Shown: positions 19,896 to 28,992, counted from the stretch's first letter. The stretch is 64,000 bases of DNA from Thermodesulfobacteriota bacterium (GCA_965243595.1 OZ251569.1:513177-577176), one strand, 5' to 3'. Made by a program: numbers and translations. Notes: generated by a model not told the origin, from the sequence alone.

Positions 19896-20519
19896 TCAAT
19901 TGGGTTCGAAATGCTCAAGCTCGTTTCTGCGGTCGCGCAGGTAAAGAATGGAATTCTTTTGGCTGCCGGTTAATTCCAGAGGTCTGGAATGAACAAACGG
20001 TTTTGCCGCGCAGGCGCGTTTTACGGCTTTTAGAAAATCGACGAGTCTTACGGAGTGTATGTTGTCGACAATCCAGTCATAATCAAGCTGATCAGTTTTT
20101 TTGCCCGTCGTTTCGTCTTCGGCTTCAACGAACATTTTTTTCATATGCTTTTTATTGAAATCCGCGACGTTTATCTTGTTCGTTCCCGCGGCGACGATTA
20201 TGGAGAAAGTGTAGAGGGAATGATGCAGGCAGATGATTATCCACTTCCAGAGAAACGGGTTCCCCTCGCTCTCGACTCGCCTGATAAATTCCTCGGCACG
20301 GAGAAGAGAGTCTATGGCGTTTGTCGCGGTGTTGATTACCAGAAAATCTTTCATTTTGCTTGATGCGGAATTCCGGTCCGAACGAAGATTGCGGAATAAG
20401 CTACTCTGGACAACGCGCGAGTCAAAGAGTCCCGAAAATATATCGTCTGGAAAGTTTTCCGGCCGCGGCGGCATCTTTGGGTCAAGGACGCGCCCGCGGT
20501 TTTCGTCTGTTCCATCCAT
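19896..20519 (-). CDS. Hypothetical protein in a low-GC patch; possibly foreign
   Basis: 207-aa ORF with no recognisable motifs. GC is clearly lower than the surroundings. Confidence 0.35.
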   Translation of the reverse strand: MDGTDENRGRVLDPKMPPRPENFPDDIFSGLFDSRVVQSSLFRNLRSDRNSASSKMKDFLVINTATNAIDSLLRAEEFIRRVESEGNPFLWKWIIICLHHSLYTFSIIVAAGTNKINVADFNKKHMKKMFVEAEDETTGKKTDQLDYDWIVDNIHSVRLVDFLKAVKRACAAKPFVHSRPLELTGSQKNSILYLRDRRNELEHFEPN

Positions 20520-20761
20520 AATGGAAAGCTCTCTGCCCAGTCATATGGCCGGATACGTGTCGGACCGCCGTTTGGATACTCTTCGGTTGAAAGTCGCGGC
20601 CGGCCGAAGTGCAACCGATACCTTGACGGAAGAACGTGAGGAATTTCCCGTGCGGGACGCACCTTGGCAAGAAGCGCAAACCGTCGGTCTTGTGGCTTTA
20701 ATGTAGAGATTGCTGTAGACTGAGACGATAATCGGAAGACTTTTACAGCAGGAACAATTCC

Positions 20762-22131
20762 ATGCCTGAGAGCAATCCTGACCGCCATAGACTAAGATTT
20801 TCCCAGAGATACGGTTTCAAGGGAATTCCCGAACCCGTGAAGCCGGGGGAAATCAGCGAGAAAGCTCGAAAACGGATATGGAACAAGCTGTATGAGTCTG
20901 TGAGATGGGTTTGGAGCTACAACGAAGATTTCTTTAAATATAAGAAGGTGGATGACCCATGGGTCGACATCCTTGCATACCTGTATGACGAATCTTTCGA
21001 ATTGACGTTGGATACGTTCTCACCTTCCTACAACAGGTTTCTTCGGGAATACAAAGACCTTATATGCGGTTCCGACGAAGATGCGTTACCGCCCGAGGAA
21101 CTCCTCGACCTGATTGAAGGGATCATCGCCCATCAGGAGTGTCCTCCGGAATTCGTCAACGACATCGCCGAAACATTCGAAGAATGCCGTCTTCCCTACG
21201 GGGTGAACAAGACCCCTCCGGCGAGCATTTACGTCGCCGAGGACGAAGCGACGCGGAAACTGGCACTGCAACCGGCTCTGGCCGTCTTGGCGGAACCGCG
21301 TTTCGAAGTCGCGGACGAGGAATTTCGAAGTGCCATATACTGGAAAAATATCTGGACGCCTACACCACCGCGCTGAAAGGTCAGCGGTTCGACCTGATGT
21401 ACATCGACGCGTTCGCCGGCACGGGTTCCGTGGAACTGCGTCGGGAAGACTATCGGGGGTTTGTACAGGAATTCATACCCGGTTCGGCGAAGATAGCTGT
21501 GGGAATTGAGAACAAGCCGTTTGACAAGCTGGTTTTCGTTGAACGGGATACCGGCAGGTGCGAGAAGCTGCGGGAGGTCGAGAGGGAAAACCCCGGCAGA
21601 AACATCAGGATAGAAAACCGAGAGGCGAACGAGTTTCTGGTCGGCATGACGGAGAACTGGGGCAACTGGCGGGGCGTGCTTTTTCTGGATCCGTTCGCAA
21701 CTCAGGTTCGGTGGTCGACCGTTGAAAAGATAGCGGGCTTCAATGCGCTCGACACGTGGATTCTCTTTCCGACGTCCGCGGTTTCGCGCATGCTGCCGAT
21801 ATCCAGAAAGCCTGGAGACATCAGCGAGGCGTGGGTCGAGAAGTTGAACAAGGTATACGGCGACGACAGCTGGAAAAATCTTTACGGCAAGAACCCGCAG
21901 TTGCACCTGTTCGGAGTTAAAGAGTACAAACGGACTCACGGCGTCAGCGGGCTTGTGGAAATCTACAAAGATAAGCTCGGGGAGCTTTTCGGCGACAGGT
22001 TCCTTCGAGAGTCCTGCCCTTTGAAAAACTCGAACAACTCGGAGCTGTTCGAATTCCTGTTCTGCGTCGGCAACGAAAGAGGAATCGGTCCCGCGAAAAA
22101 AATCGCTGAACATATTCTGGGGCACATATAA
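20762..22131 (+). CDS. tcmP: TcmP (three-Cys-motif partner protein) family domain preceded by a 204-aa N-terminal region in another frame. There is an apparent +1 frameshift near 21300–21375.
   Basis: The TcmP-like region runs from '...[35 protein letters not shown]...' to the end at 22131. This frame has no ATG, GTG or TTG near the domain start; its upstream part is Arg-rich junk. The other frame (20762–21376) has protein-like composition. Confidence 0.55.
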
Positions 22132-22133
22132 CG

Positions 22134-22802
22134 ATGTCTTCGCGTTCCTCCATAGAATGGACCGAAGTCACCTGGAATCCTGTGACGGGCTGCACGAAGA
22201 TAAGCGACGGTTGCAAACACTGCTACGCGGAACGGATGGCCGGGCGCCTGCGGGCGATGGGAGTGGAGAAATACCGTCGCGGGTTCGAAGTCGCCCTCCA
22301 CGAAGATGCCCTGAAGGAGCCGCTCGGATGGAAAAAGCCGAGGCTCGTTTTCGTCAACTCGATGAGCGACCTGTTTCACGAAGCCGTCCCCGCGGAGTTC
22401 GTGGAATCGGTTTTCGACGTGATGAGCCGGGCGCGGGAGCATACGTTCCAGGTGCTCACCAAGCGGCCGGAGCGGGTCCTGCGGCTCGGCGCCCGGCTTC
22501 GGTGGACGCCGAACGTCTGGCTGGGCGTGAGCGTGGAGTCCGAAAGATGGCTGGGCCGTCTGGACGCGATTGCGGACACGGGCGCCTGCGTGAAGTTCCT
22601 TTCCCTGGAACCGCTGCTGGGGCCGCTTCCCGGGATCGATCTTTCGGGCGTCGACTGGGTCATAGTCGGCGGGGAATCGGGGCCGGGAGCGAGACCCATG
22701 GAGGCCGACTGGGTGAGGGACATACGGGACGGCTGCGCGGAGAGCGGGGTTCCCTTTTTCTTCAAGCAGTGGGGAGGAGTGTTCAAGAAGCGGCGGGGGT
22801 GA
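22134..22802 (+). CDS. Phage Gp37/Gp68 (DUF5131) three-Cys-motif protein
   Basis: '[28 protein letters not shown]' is the hallmark N-terminus. Starts 3 nt after the TcmP-like gene. Confidence 0.8.
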   Translation: MSSRSSIEWTEVTWNPVTGCTKISDGCKHCYAERMAGRLRAMGVEKYRRGFEVALHEDALKEPLGWKKPRLVFVNSMSDLFHEAVPAEFVESVFDVMSRAREHTFQVLTKRPERVLRLGARLRWTPNVWLGVSVESERWLGRLDAIADTGACVKFLSLEPLLGPLPGIDLSGVDWVIVGGESGPGARPMEADWVRDIRDGCAESGVPFFFKQWGGVFKKRRG

Positions 22803-22962
22803 GTTCTCGATGGCAGGACGTGGAACCAGATGCCCGCGAGGCCTTCGGCTCTGGAGGAAAATAGAGACGGCTTGCGGTTAGGCAGGGATTTCTGAAGGTT
22901 GCCGCAAAGGACCTGTCGACTCGGCGCGGGGAGTCTTTACCGGTTCCGCGACCTCTCTGGTT

Positions 22963-23214
22963 TCAATACGCGGTTTCAGTCGGCGTCACGCTTTTGCAAC
23001 CGCGCGTCAACGCCACGTAGAGGTCCCGATGAGTGCCCCAGTTTTTCTCCTGCCAGTCGACATCGCGGACAATCACGGCGTGATCAGACTTGAGTCTCTT
23101 GACCAGGGGACACGGCGCCGAGGAATAGCTGATTTGGAGTTTTGAAGCCGATACCTCGATCAGTCCATCTTTAAAACTTTTCGTCTGGCGCTTGATTTCT
23201 TCCCCATACACCAA
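22963..23214 (-). pseudogene. Remnant of an SF1 helicase C-terminus
   Basis: 'DLYVALTRG' resembles helicase motif VI ('YVAxTRA'). Only 83 aa remain. Confidence 0.3.
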
Positions 23215-23253
23215 ATTTGATTATAACTCCATCGGGGAAAATCGTTCGGCACC

Positions 23254-23583
23254 TTATCCCGGCTCGTCCGAAATCGGATAGCATTCCCCGATGCATTCCG
23301 CCAGAAGACTCTCTATTACGCCGTTGTCGTACTTCACGCCTCGAACGCCGCAGTGGTAATCGCGGTTAAGCTCGGGATGTTCGGGGTTCGCCTCCGGTTC
23401 GTGAGTCGCGCTGAGCCTTCTGTCGTCCGCGCTTTCTGCCTCCCCGTGCTTCTTCATGTGTCCGACGTTGATGATGCCCAGTTCCCCGTCGGGACTGGAG
23501 GCAAGCGGCATGTCTTTCTTCAGATATTCGATTCGGCTCGAGACGTCGTCGCCCTTGATCATGTCGAGGCAGAAGACGGACAA
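23254..23583 (-). CDS. Hypothetical small protein
   Basis: 109-aa ORF with protein-like composition and no motif. Confidence 0.25.
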   Translation of the reverse strand: MSVFCLDMIKGDDVSSRIEYLKKDMPLASSPDGELGIINVGHMKKHGEAESADDRRLSATHEPEANPEHPELNRDYHCGVRGVKYDNGVIESLLAECIGECYPISDEPG

Positions 23584-23694
23584 ATGCTCCTCCCGGGGGC
23601 TTCTCAGGCGAACGGGGCCCGGCTAATACGGCCGTTGTCGTCAATCTTGGAAGAGCCGGCGTAGCGAGCTGTGTCGCTGTCGTCCGGAATCGGG

Positions 23695-24909
23695 TCAGCT
23701 GGCAACGCCGACGCTCCTCAGGAATTTCAGGGCGTTAGGGTTGCAGTTGAGAAAACCCGACACCGATCCGCTCCCTGAAATTCTCAGTATCTTGTCCGCA
23801 AGATCGGAGCATTGATAAAAGAATACGAATTTCAAGGATGATGAGTCCAGAAATTCCAGGGAGAGCACTTCGTCCGGAGAGGATTCCCATTCCGCCACGA
23901 TGTTTCCCTCGTATGTCAAGGCCAGGCCGGGAACCGCTTCTATGCCCGAATCGAAAACCCGCTTCAGAAAGTCGATCAGCCCCCGGTAGGAATCGCCCGA
24001 AAGCGGCAGTTGCCCCAGCCCTTCCGATTCTTCCTCGAGAGCGGCCTCTCTGAGTTCCTCGATTCGGGGTCTTATCCTGTCTTCGATTTCTTTTTCGGAC
24101 AAGCCGCTTCTCAGTTCCCGAAGGTTTCGGCAGAGATCCCGCAGGAACTTCATGGCCTTGGGATGGTGGTCGAGAAAATCCGACACCGAACCGTCGCCCG
24201 AAGTCCTGAGTGTTTTGGAAGAAAGGGAGTCGGGATAGAAAAACACGAATTTCAGTCGGAAGAAGTCCACAAATTCCAGTATGAGAAACTCCTCGTCGGA
24301 AGATTCCCACTCAGCCCTGATGTTTCCCTCATAGGTCAGGTCCAGCTCGGGAACCAGATACATGCCCATATGGACGATTTTGTTCAGAAACCGAGCCAGT
24401 CCCCGGTAGGAATCGTTTGACAACGGCAGCTGTCCCTCCGATTCTTCCTCGAGAGCGGCCTCTCTGAGTTCCTCGATTCGGGGTCTTATCCTGTCTTCGA
24501 TTTCTTTTTCGGACAAGCCGCTCCCCGGTTCCCGAAGGTTGTCGCGCAGCTCCAGGCAAGCGGAGAAACCGTCTTTCTCTGGGGAGGAATTCCCAGCATG
24601 CTCCTGCGACCTTCCGCCGCGGACGACATAGATCCGGGTCGCGAATTCATTGACCTTCACGCGGACGATTCCCTGCCGCTGCAGTTCGGCGAACACCTGG
24701 TCGAGGACACCTTTTTTCGCCCATCTGTTCATGCGGGTATAGACGGTGTGCCAGTTGCCGAAACGTTTCGGCAGTCCTCTCCACTTGCACCCGCTTTCGG
24801 CCACGTAGAGTATGGCATTCAGAAAATCCAGATTGCTCATCTTTACGTTGCCGCGCTGGCGGGGCAGCAAATCCTTGATCCGCTCGTATTGCTGAGGCGT
24901 GAGTTTCAT
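23695..24909 (-). CDS. Chimeric protein: an IS5-family transposase N-terminal HTH (DUF4096-like) followed by two tandem copies of a ~135-aa domain of unknown function
   Basis: N-terminus 'LNAILYVAESGCKWRGLPKRFGNWHTVYTRMNRWAKKG' is IS5/DUF4096-like. Two repeats follow, each containing 'SGLSEKEIEDRIRPRIEELREAALEEESEG..QLPLS.DSYRGL...LTYEGNI.AEWESS...LEF.D...LKFVFFY'. The DNA tandem repeat has a ~404-bp period (e.g. 'gagagcggcctctctgagttcctcgattcgg' at 24047 and 24451). Confidence 0.6.
   Translation of the reverse strand: MKLTPQQYERIKDLLPRQRGNVKMSNLDFLNAILYVAESGCKWRGLPKRFGNWHTVYTRMNRWAKKGVLDQVFAELQRQGIVRVKVNEFATRIYVVRGGRSQEHAGNSSPEKDGFSACLELRDNLREPGSGLSEKEIEDRIRPRIEELREAALEEESEGQLPLSNDSYRGLARFLNKIVHMGMYLVPELDLTYEGNIRAEWESSDEEFLILEFVDFFRLKFVFFYPDSLSSKTLRTSGDGSVSDFLDHHPKAMKFLRDLCRNLRELRSGLSEKEIEDRIRPRIEELREAALEEESEGLGQLPLSGDSYRGLIDFLKRVFDSGIEAVPGLALTYEGNIVAEWESSPDEVLSLEFLDSSSLKFVFFYQCSDLADKILRISGSGSVSGFLNCNPNALKFLRSVGVAS
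23718..24565 (-). repeat. Tandem ~404–420-bp coding duplication inside the chimeric gene; a third diverged copy lies at 31001–31420
   Basis: Direct DNA identity between the two units. About 85% identity to the third copy over stretches such as 'gaaaacccgacaccgatccgctccctgaaattctcag'. Confidence 0.75.
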
Positions 24910-25445
24910 GTCTGAAATTTATCATACGTGATTGACGACAGATAGCGTTAACGTTCTCGTGGTTGCGACGCGAAACGAACCGGGCGCCGCTCGCGGCCGC
25001 CGTGCCGTCGAAAGACGGGAGAGTCGGGGGAGAATCCTGGCTTGATTTTCTTCCGGCGGATGCAGTAATCTGTAATCGGTCAGGATGTGCGTGTCACGAA
25101 GAGATGCCCGGCGGAATTTCACCTGCTTCTGCGTTGCTCGATCAAAAAAGACGGAGACTGGTTCGTAGCGTCCAACGATGCTCTGGACATGGTTGCCCGG
25201 GGAGAAAGCGAACGGAATTCCCGGCGTCATACGATGCAAGGACGGTGAGAGTCGGAACGGTTCGGGATTGAAAGCCGAGACGGCCCGAGTAGCAGTCTGC
25301 AGGTCGGTTCACCGCATCGAGCGGAAGCGGGAATGTAGTGCCACACGGATTTTCCTGTCTCGCAACCCCTTGCAATCTCTCGCTCTTTATTTTTAAACTG
25401 TTCAAAATGAGCCAGGCGCGAGCGGGTGAATCGAAAGAGACGTCA

Positions 25446-26480
25446 ATGACTTCAGACCAGAAACCTTTCTACCCCGGCGGTTCGAAGGCGCGCGTGAACG
25501 CCGCGGGCGACGCTTTGCGCCGCGGCGGGCGGACGGAAGAGGACATGGAGGTTCTGCGTACCTGGCGCGCCGCGCACAGACCGGTTCTGCACGCGTTTTA
25601 CAGGATTCTCCGAAACCGCGTCGGGGACGGAAACGTGATCGTCGCCCAGCGCTACAAGCGCGAGCGCACCATCGTCGACAAGCTCAGGAGACTGCCGCGG
25701 ATGAAGCTCTCCCAGATGAACGACGTCGCGGGGTGCAGGCTGATTTTCGAGAGCATGGACGACCTGTGCGAATTCCGTGCGAAGATGCTCGGTTCGAGAC
25801 TTACCCACGAACTGAAAAACGCCCCCGACAGATACGACTACGTAAAGTCTCCCAAACCGAGCGGCTACAGGGGCGTGCACGATGTCTATTTCTGCGGATC
25901 CGGACCGATGCGCGGGGAACTGCTGGTCGAAGTCCAGTACCGCACGCGCGTTCAGCACGACTGGGCCACGGCCGTCGAAGTGGTCGGATTCGTCACCGAC
26001 AGCCTGCCGAAATTCGGTCGCGGAGACCGCGGATTCCTCGAGATTTTCCGCTGTGCGAGCGAGATACTCGCCCGGGCGTTCGAAAACGAAAGATCGTGTC
26101 TCGCGGACCTGGGCGACGCGGAAGTGGTCCGGGGATTCGACCGGCTCGATTCGGAGCTCGGTCTTCTGCCCATGCTGGAAGGGCTTCGGGCGGCGGCCGA
26201 AGATGTCCCCGCGCGCGAAAACGTGATTCTCGAGTTTCGGGAAGGAGGGCCTGCGATGCGGGGCTTTTCTTCCGCCGCGAGGGCTCTCGAAGCGCTTTTC
26301 TGTCTGGAAGCGAAGAGGCTGTGCGGGGACGTGGTGCTGGTGAGAGCCGCCGGGAACGGAGGAGTGAGGATTGCCTTCAGGAACTATTTTTCCGACGCGC
26401 GGGGGTTCGTCCGAAGAATCCGCGAAGGGCGGTGCCGTCTTCTGGTCGGCGGGAAAGAACAACTCTCCCGTCAAGGTTGA
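25446..26480 (+). CDS. RelA/SpoT-domain nucleotide pyrophosphokinase (toxSAS-like) with a ~130-aa C-terminal extension; possibly a CapRel-type fused toxin-antitoxin
   Basis: 'PFYPGGSKARVNAAGDALRRG' N-terminus, 'SGYRGVHDVYF' and 'LLVEVQYRTRVQHDWATAVE' RelA/SpoT synthetase blocks. No separate small antitoxin gene is adjacent. Confidence 0.75.
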   Translation: MTSDQKPFYPGGSKARVNAAGDALRRGGRTEEDMEVLRTWRAAHRPVLHAFYRILRNRVGDGNVIVAQRYKRERTIVDKLRRLPRMKLSQMNDVAGCRLIFESMDDLCEFRAKMLGSRLTHELKNAPDRYDYVKSPKPSGYRGVHDVYFCGSGPMRGELLVEVQYRTRVQHDWATAVEVVGFVTDSLPKFGRGDRGFLEIFRCASEILARAFENERSCLADLGDAEVVRGFDRLDSELGLLPMLEGLRAAAEDVPARENVILEFREGGPAMRGFSSAARALEALFCLEAKRLCGDVVLVRAAGNGGVRIAFRNYFSDARGFVRRIREGRCRLLVGGKEQLSRQG

Positions 26481-26496
26481 CGGAGCCGAGCTTTGT

Positions 26497-26650
26497 TCAG
26501 CTTTCCAAACCCAGGAATTCTGTAAGACTTTGCGCTTTTCTCTCCACGCGCGCCATGTCTTCGGCCGTCCTGACGTGCCGGATGAACGTTATGCGCCCGA
26601 AAGCCTCCTCGGTGCCGTCCGTCCGCGGCTCTCTCGGGCTCATCGGGAGG
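26497..26650 (-). pseudogene. C-terminal fragment of the small-protein family typified by 28336..28716
   Basis: '...FGRITFIRHVRTAEDMARVERKAQSLTEFLGLES*' versus '...FGRMAFRRLPGRTPADLRRIEERARSLIDFLGLES*'. The upstream part is out of frame or degenerate. Confidence 0.4.
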
Positions 26651-27129
26651 AGACATCTGATGTGCGTGGCGGAAGATGAAGACTCCGCTTGACCGGGATC
26701 GGTATCCGGGGCCGGAATCGGAAAAAGACCGGAAACACGAATTGGCGAAGCCCGAATTGGCGTGTACGTTATTCCGAGGAGGAGAGAAACCGTGAACAAC
26801 GGGAAGAACAGTGGGAGCGATGTCGGAAGCGCTGGCGGCCGGAGTCTCGAGTCGTTGCATCGCAGTTTTTTCAAGCATCCGGATGACGGGAGCTGGAGTG
26901 CGACGCGCTCTCTCGCCCAGCCGTCTTTCCTCAAGCAGATTGACAGTCTCGCGGGCGCGCACAGCACGCCGGCGAGATATTTTTTCAGCCGTGTCCGAGA
27001 ACAGGCGGCAACGCCCGGCCGGTCCGAAGTGCTCCGGGAAACAAGCGACATACCGATCTCCGCCCCGGCTTCGAAGCTGGTCGAGAGTGGAAATTCCGGC
27101 TTTTCTTGCTGAAGCGGGAGGACGAGATG

Positions 27130-27303
27130 AAAGAGAAGAAGGACATGCCCGAAGAGCGGTCGAAAAAGCTGTCCGACGCGAAAAAGAGCCTTGACGACAT
27201 CATGAAGAGAATCGAGCCTTTTCTGCCCGAAAAAACTCAGGTTCTTCACAAGCAGTACAGCGAGTGGAAAAGCGGTGCGTCTTCTTCGGCGAAGTTCGGA
27301 TAA
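27130..27303 (+). CDS. Small ORF sharing its promoter/leader and first ~10 codons (MKEKKDMPEE) with 28336..28716, then diverging
   Basis: DNA 27062–27170 is ~85% identical to 28271–28385. The reading frames differ after codon ~12. Confidence 0.3.
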   Translation, partial: KEKKDMPEERSKKLSDAKKSLDDIMKRIEPFLPEKTQVLHKQYSEWKSGASSSAKFG

Positions 27304-27467
27304 GAGATCGATCCGTTTGCGGGAAGGCCTGAAGCGTCTTGCGGCTTGACCGGACAACCCGTAGGAAAAAACCGCCGTCGGGCGTGTTTCGACCCTTGAG
27401 CGGAAGGCTGGGTTTGCGCATAATGGTTTACAATTACCAGTGAGTTGTCTGAGCAAGGATAGAAAAG

Positions 27468-27761
27468 ATGGAAACCGCCGCGCTTGAGATTGTTCTGCAG
27501 AATATAAAGAGCTTGGAACGGAACATAAAGAGCATAGAAAAGAACCTGGAGAGGGAAATCAAGGAGTTTAAGAGCGATTACAAAACCAGGAACCAGGAAA
27601 TTGACAACAAGTTCGACGGGATCGACAATAAGTTCGACAAGATTGAAAACAAGATTGACAGGCTGACTGAGCGGATGCATCGCAACGAAATGAAAGTCTA
27701 CGGTATTTCTGTAGTCATAGCCCTTGCGGTAAGCGGGGCCGCAAGATATTTCATAAGCTGA
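27468..27761 (+). CDS. XhlA-like small membrane protein (N-terminal coiled coil plus C-terminal transmembrane helix)
   Basis: 97 aa. Repetitive 'IDNKFD' heptad-like coiled coil and a hydrophobic C-terminus 'VYGISVVIALAVSGAA'. Low-GC patch. Confidence 0.4.
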   Translation: METAALEIVLQNIKSLERNIKSIEKNLEREIKEFKSDYKTRNQEIDNKFDGIDNKFDKIENKIDRLTERMHRNEMKVYGISVVIALAVSGAARYFIS

Positions 27762-27949
27762 AAAAGGCTCTTTTGCTTTTCCCCGAAGCGGACTCCCCTG
27801 CAGTCGCGATACGGCCGCGGCCGACGGTTCTTCCCCGATGGACGCGGCGGTCTGTCCGTCTGGATCGAGGGTGCTTTAAATATTTCGTTTTCGCGTTGTT
27901 CCTGTTCGAGTCTGCGGTCTTGGAACTCGAAGGCGCGAGGAACGGTCCG

Positions 27950-28231
27950 ATGAAACGAAAAAACAAGGGAATGTCTTTTGACAGCTGGCTTGACGAAGAA
28001 GGCATCAGGGAAGAAGTCACCGTGGCGGCTCTCAAGCGCGTGCTTGCCCGCCGGATCGCCGCCGAGATGAAACGGGACGGCATTACGAAGACGGAGATGG
28101 CGCGGCGGATGCGAGCCGGCCGCGGCACTCTCGACCGCCTTCTGGACGCGGGAGACGGGTCTGTCACTCTCGCGACCCTGTGCAAGGCCGCTTCGGCGGT
28201 CGGGCGCGAGGTGCGTCTGGACCTCGTGTAG
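27950..28231 (+). CDS. XRE-family HTH DNA-binding protein (antitoxin-like)
   Basis: 'ITKTEMARRMRAGRGTLDRLLD...SVTLATLCKAASAVGREVRLDLV' is a typical HTH_XRE followed by a C-terminal dimerisation tail. ATG at 27950. Confidence 0.6.
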   Translation: MKRKNKGMSFDSWLDEEGIREEVTVAALKRVLARRIAAEMKRDGITKTEMARRMRAGRGTLDRLLDAGDGSVTLATLCKAASAVGREVRLDLV

Positions 28232-28335
28232 ATGGTGTAGGGCGGAATCTCCGCGGGTTTTCGATTTTCGCCACGGCTTCGAAGAACTGATCGAGAGTGG
28301 AAATTCCGGCTTTTTCGCTGAAGCGGAAGGGCGAG

Positions 28336-28716
28336 ATGAAAGAGAAAAAAGACATGCCCGAAGAGAAGCCGTCCGAACGGTTCGAAGAAATCATTCAGGA
28401 CTGGGAGGGCGTCGTCGACGAGGTGTGCGAGGACGAGGGAATCTTCACGGCGCGGCTGTGCGACCTCACTGCCGGCGAAATCTATCCGAGCGAAACCGCG
28501 GAGATTCCGATCGAGGACGTTTCGGACGACGACAGGGAACTGCTTCGTCCGGGCGCGGTGTTCTACCTGACGACGGGCCGGGCGCTTCGCAGTGGCCGGT
28601 GGGAGCTATTCGGACGCATGGCGTTCAGGCGGCTGCCGGGCCGGACGCCGGCCGATCTGCGGCGCATCGAGGAGCGCGCCCGGAGTCTCATCGACTTTCT
28701 GGGTCTGGAAAGCTGA
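28336..28716 (+). CDS. Hypothetical acidic small protein. It founds a local paralog family (a C-terminal copy at 26497–26650 and a shared 5' cassette at 27062–27170).
   Basis: 127 aa from 'MKEKKDMPEE...SLIDFLGLES'. Immediately followed by a fragment homologous to the start of the 387-aa gene family. Confidence 0.45.
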   Translation: MKEKKDMPEEKPSERFEEIIQDWEGVVDEVCEDEGIFTARLCDLTAGEIYPSETAEIPIEDVSDDDRELLRPGAVFYLTTGRALRSGRWELFGRMAFRRLPGRTPADLRRIEERARSLIDFLGLES

Positions 28717-28726
28717 ACGACGCTCC

Positions 28727-28800
28727 GCCTCCGGACGTCGCGGAGGTTTCGCTGATCGGCATGGGCTACGGCGAGTCGATGGTCGTTCGCGTCGGCGGGG
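28727..28800 (+). pseudogene. N-terminal fragment (~25 aa) of the 387-aa protein family
   Basis: 'PDVAEVSLIGMGYGESMVVRVGG' matches the 14.1-kb fragment. The frame then decays into an Arg-rich read-through. Confidence 0.4.
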
Positions 28801-28992
28801 ATGCGTCGCGCGTCTCTGACCGGGCTCCTGTTCACGGGCCAGGATATCCGCTCAGGCGCCGCCGCGTCCGCTTTCTCCGCCGGAAAACCTTCCCGGCGCC
28901 CCGGATTCTTTTTCTTCCGTTGAGTTTGTTTTCCCGCAGACTCTTTCATCCCTGCAATCGGAAGGATTTTTCGGTAAACTTCCACCGTTCCG

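Noticed and set aside
23718-24565. Possible CRISPR-like periodic repeat
   Set aside because: The ~404-bp period is far too long. The units are protein-coding domain duplications in one open frame, with no short repeat/spacer structure.
25452-26474. 340-aa minus-strand ORF covering the RelA/SpoT gene
   Set aside because: Antisense to a gene with unambiguous synthetase motifs. Low-complexity composition.
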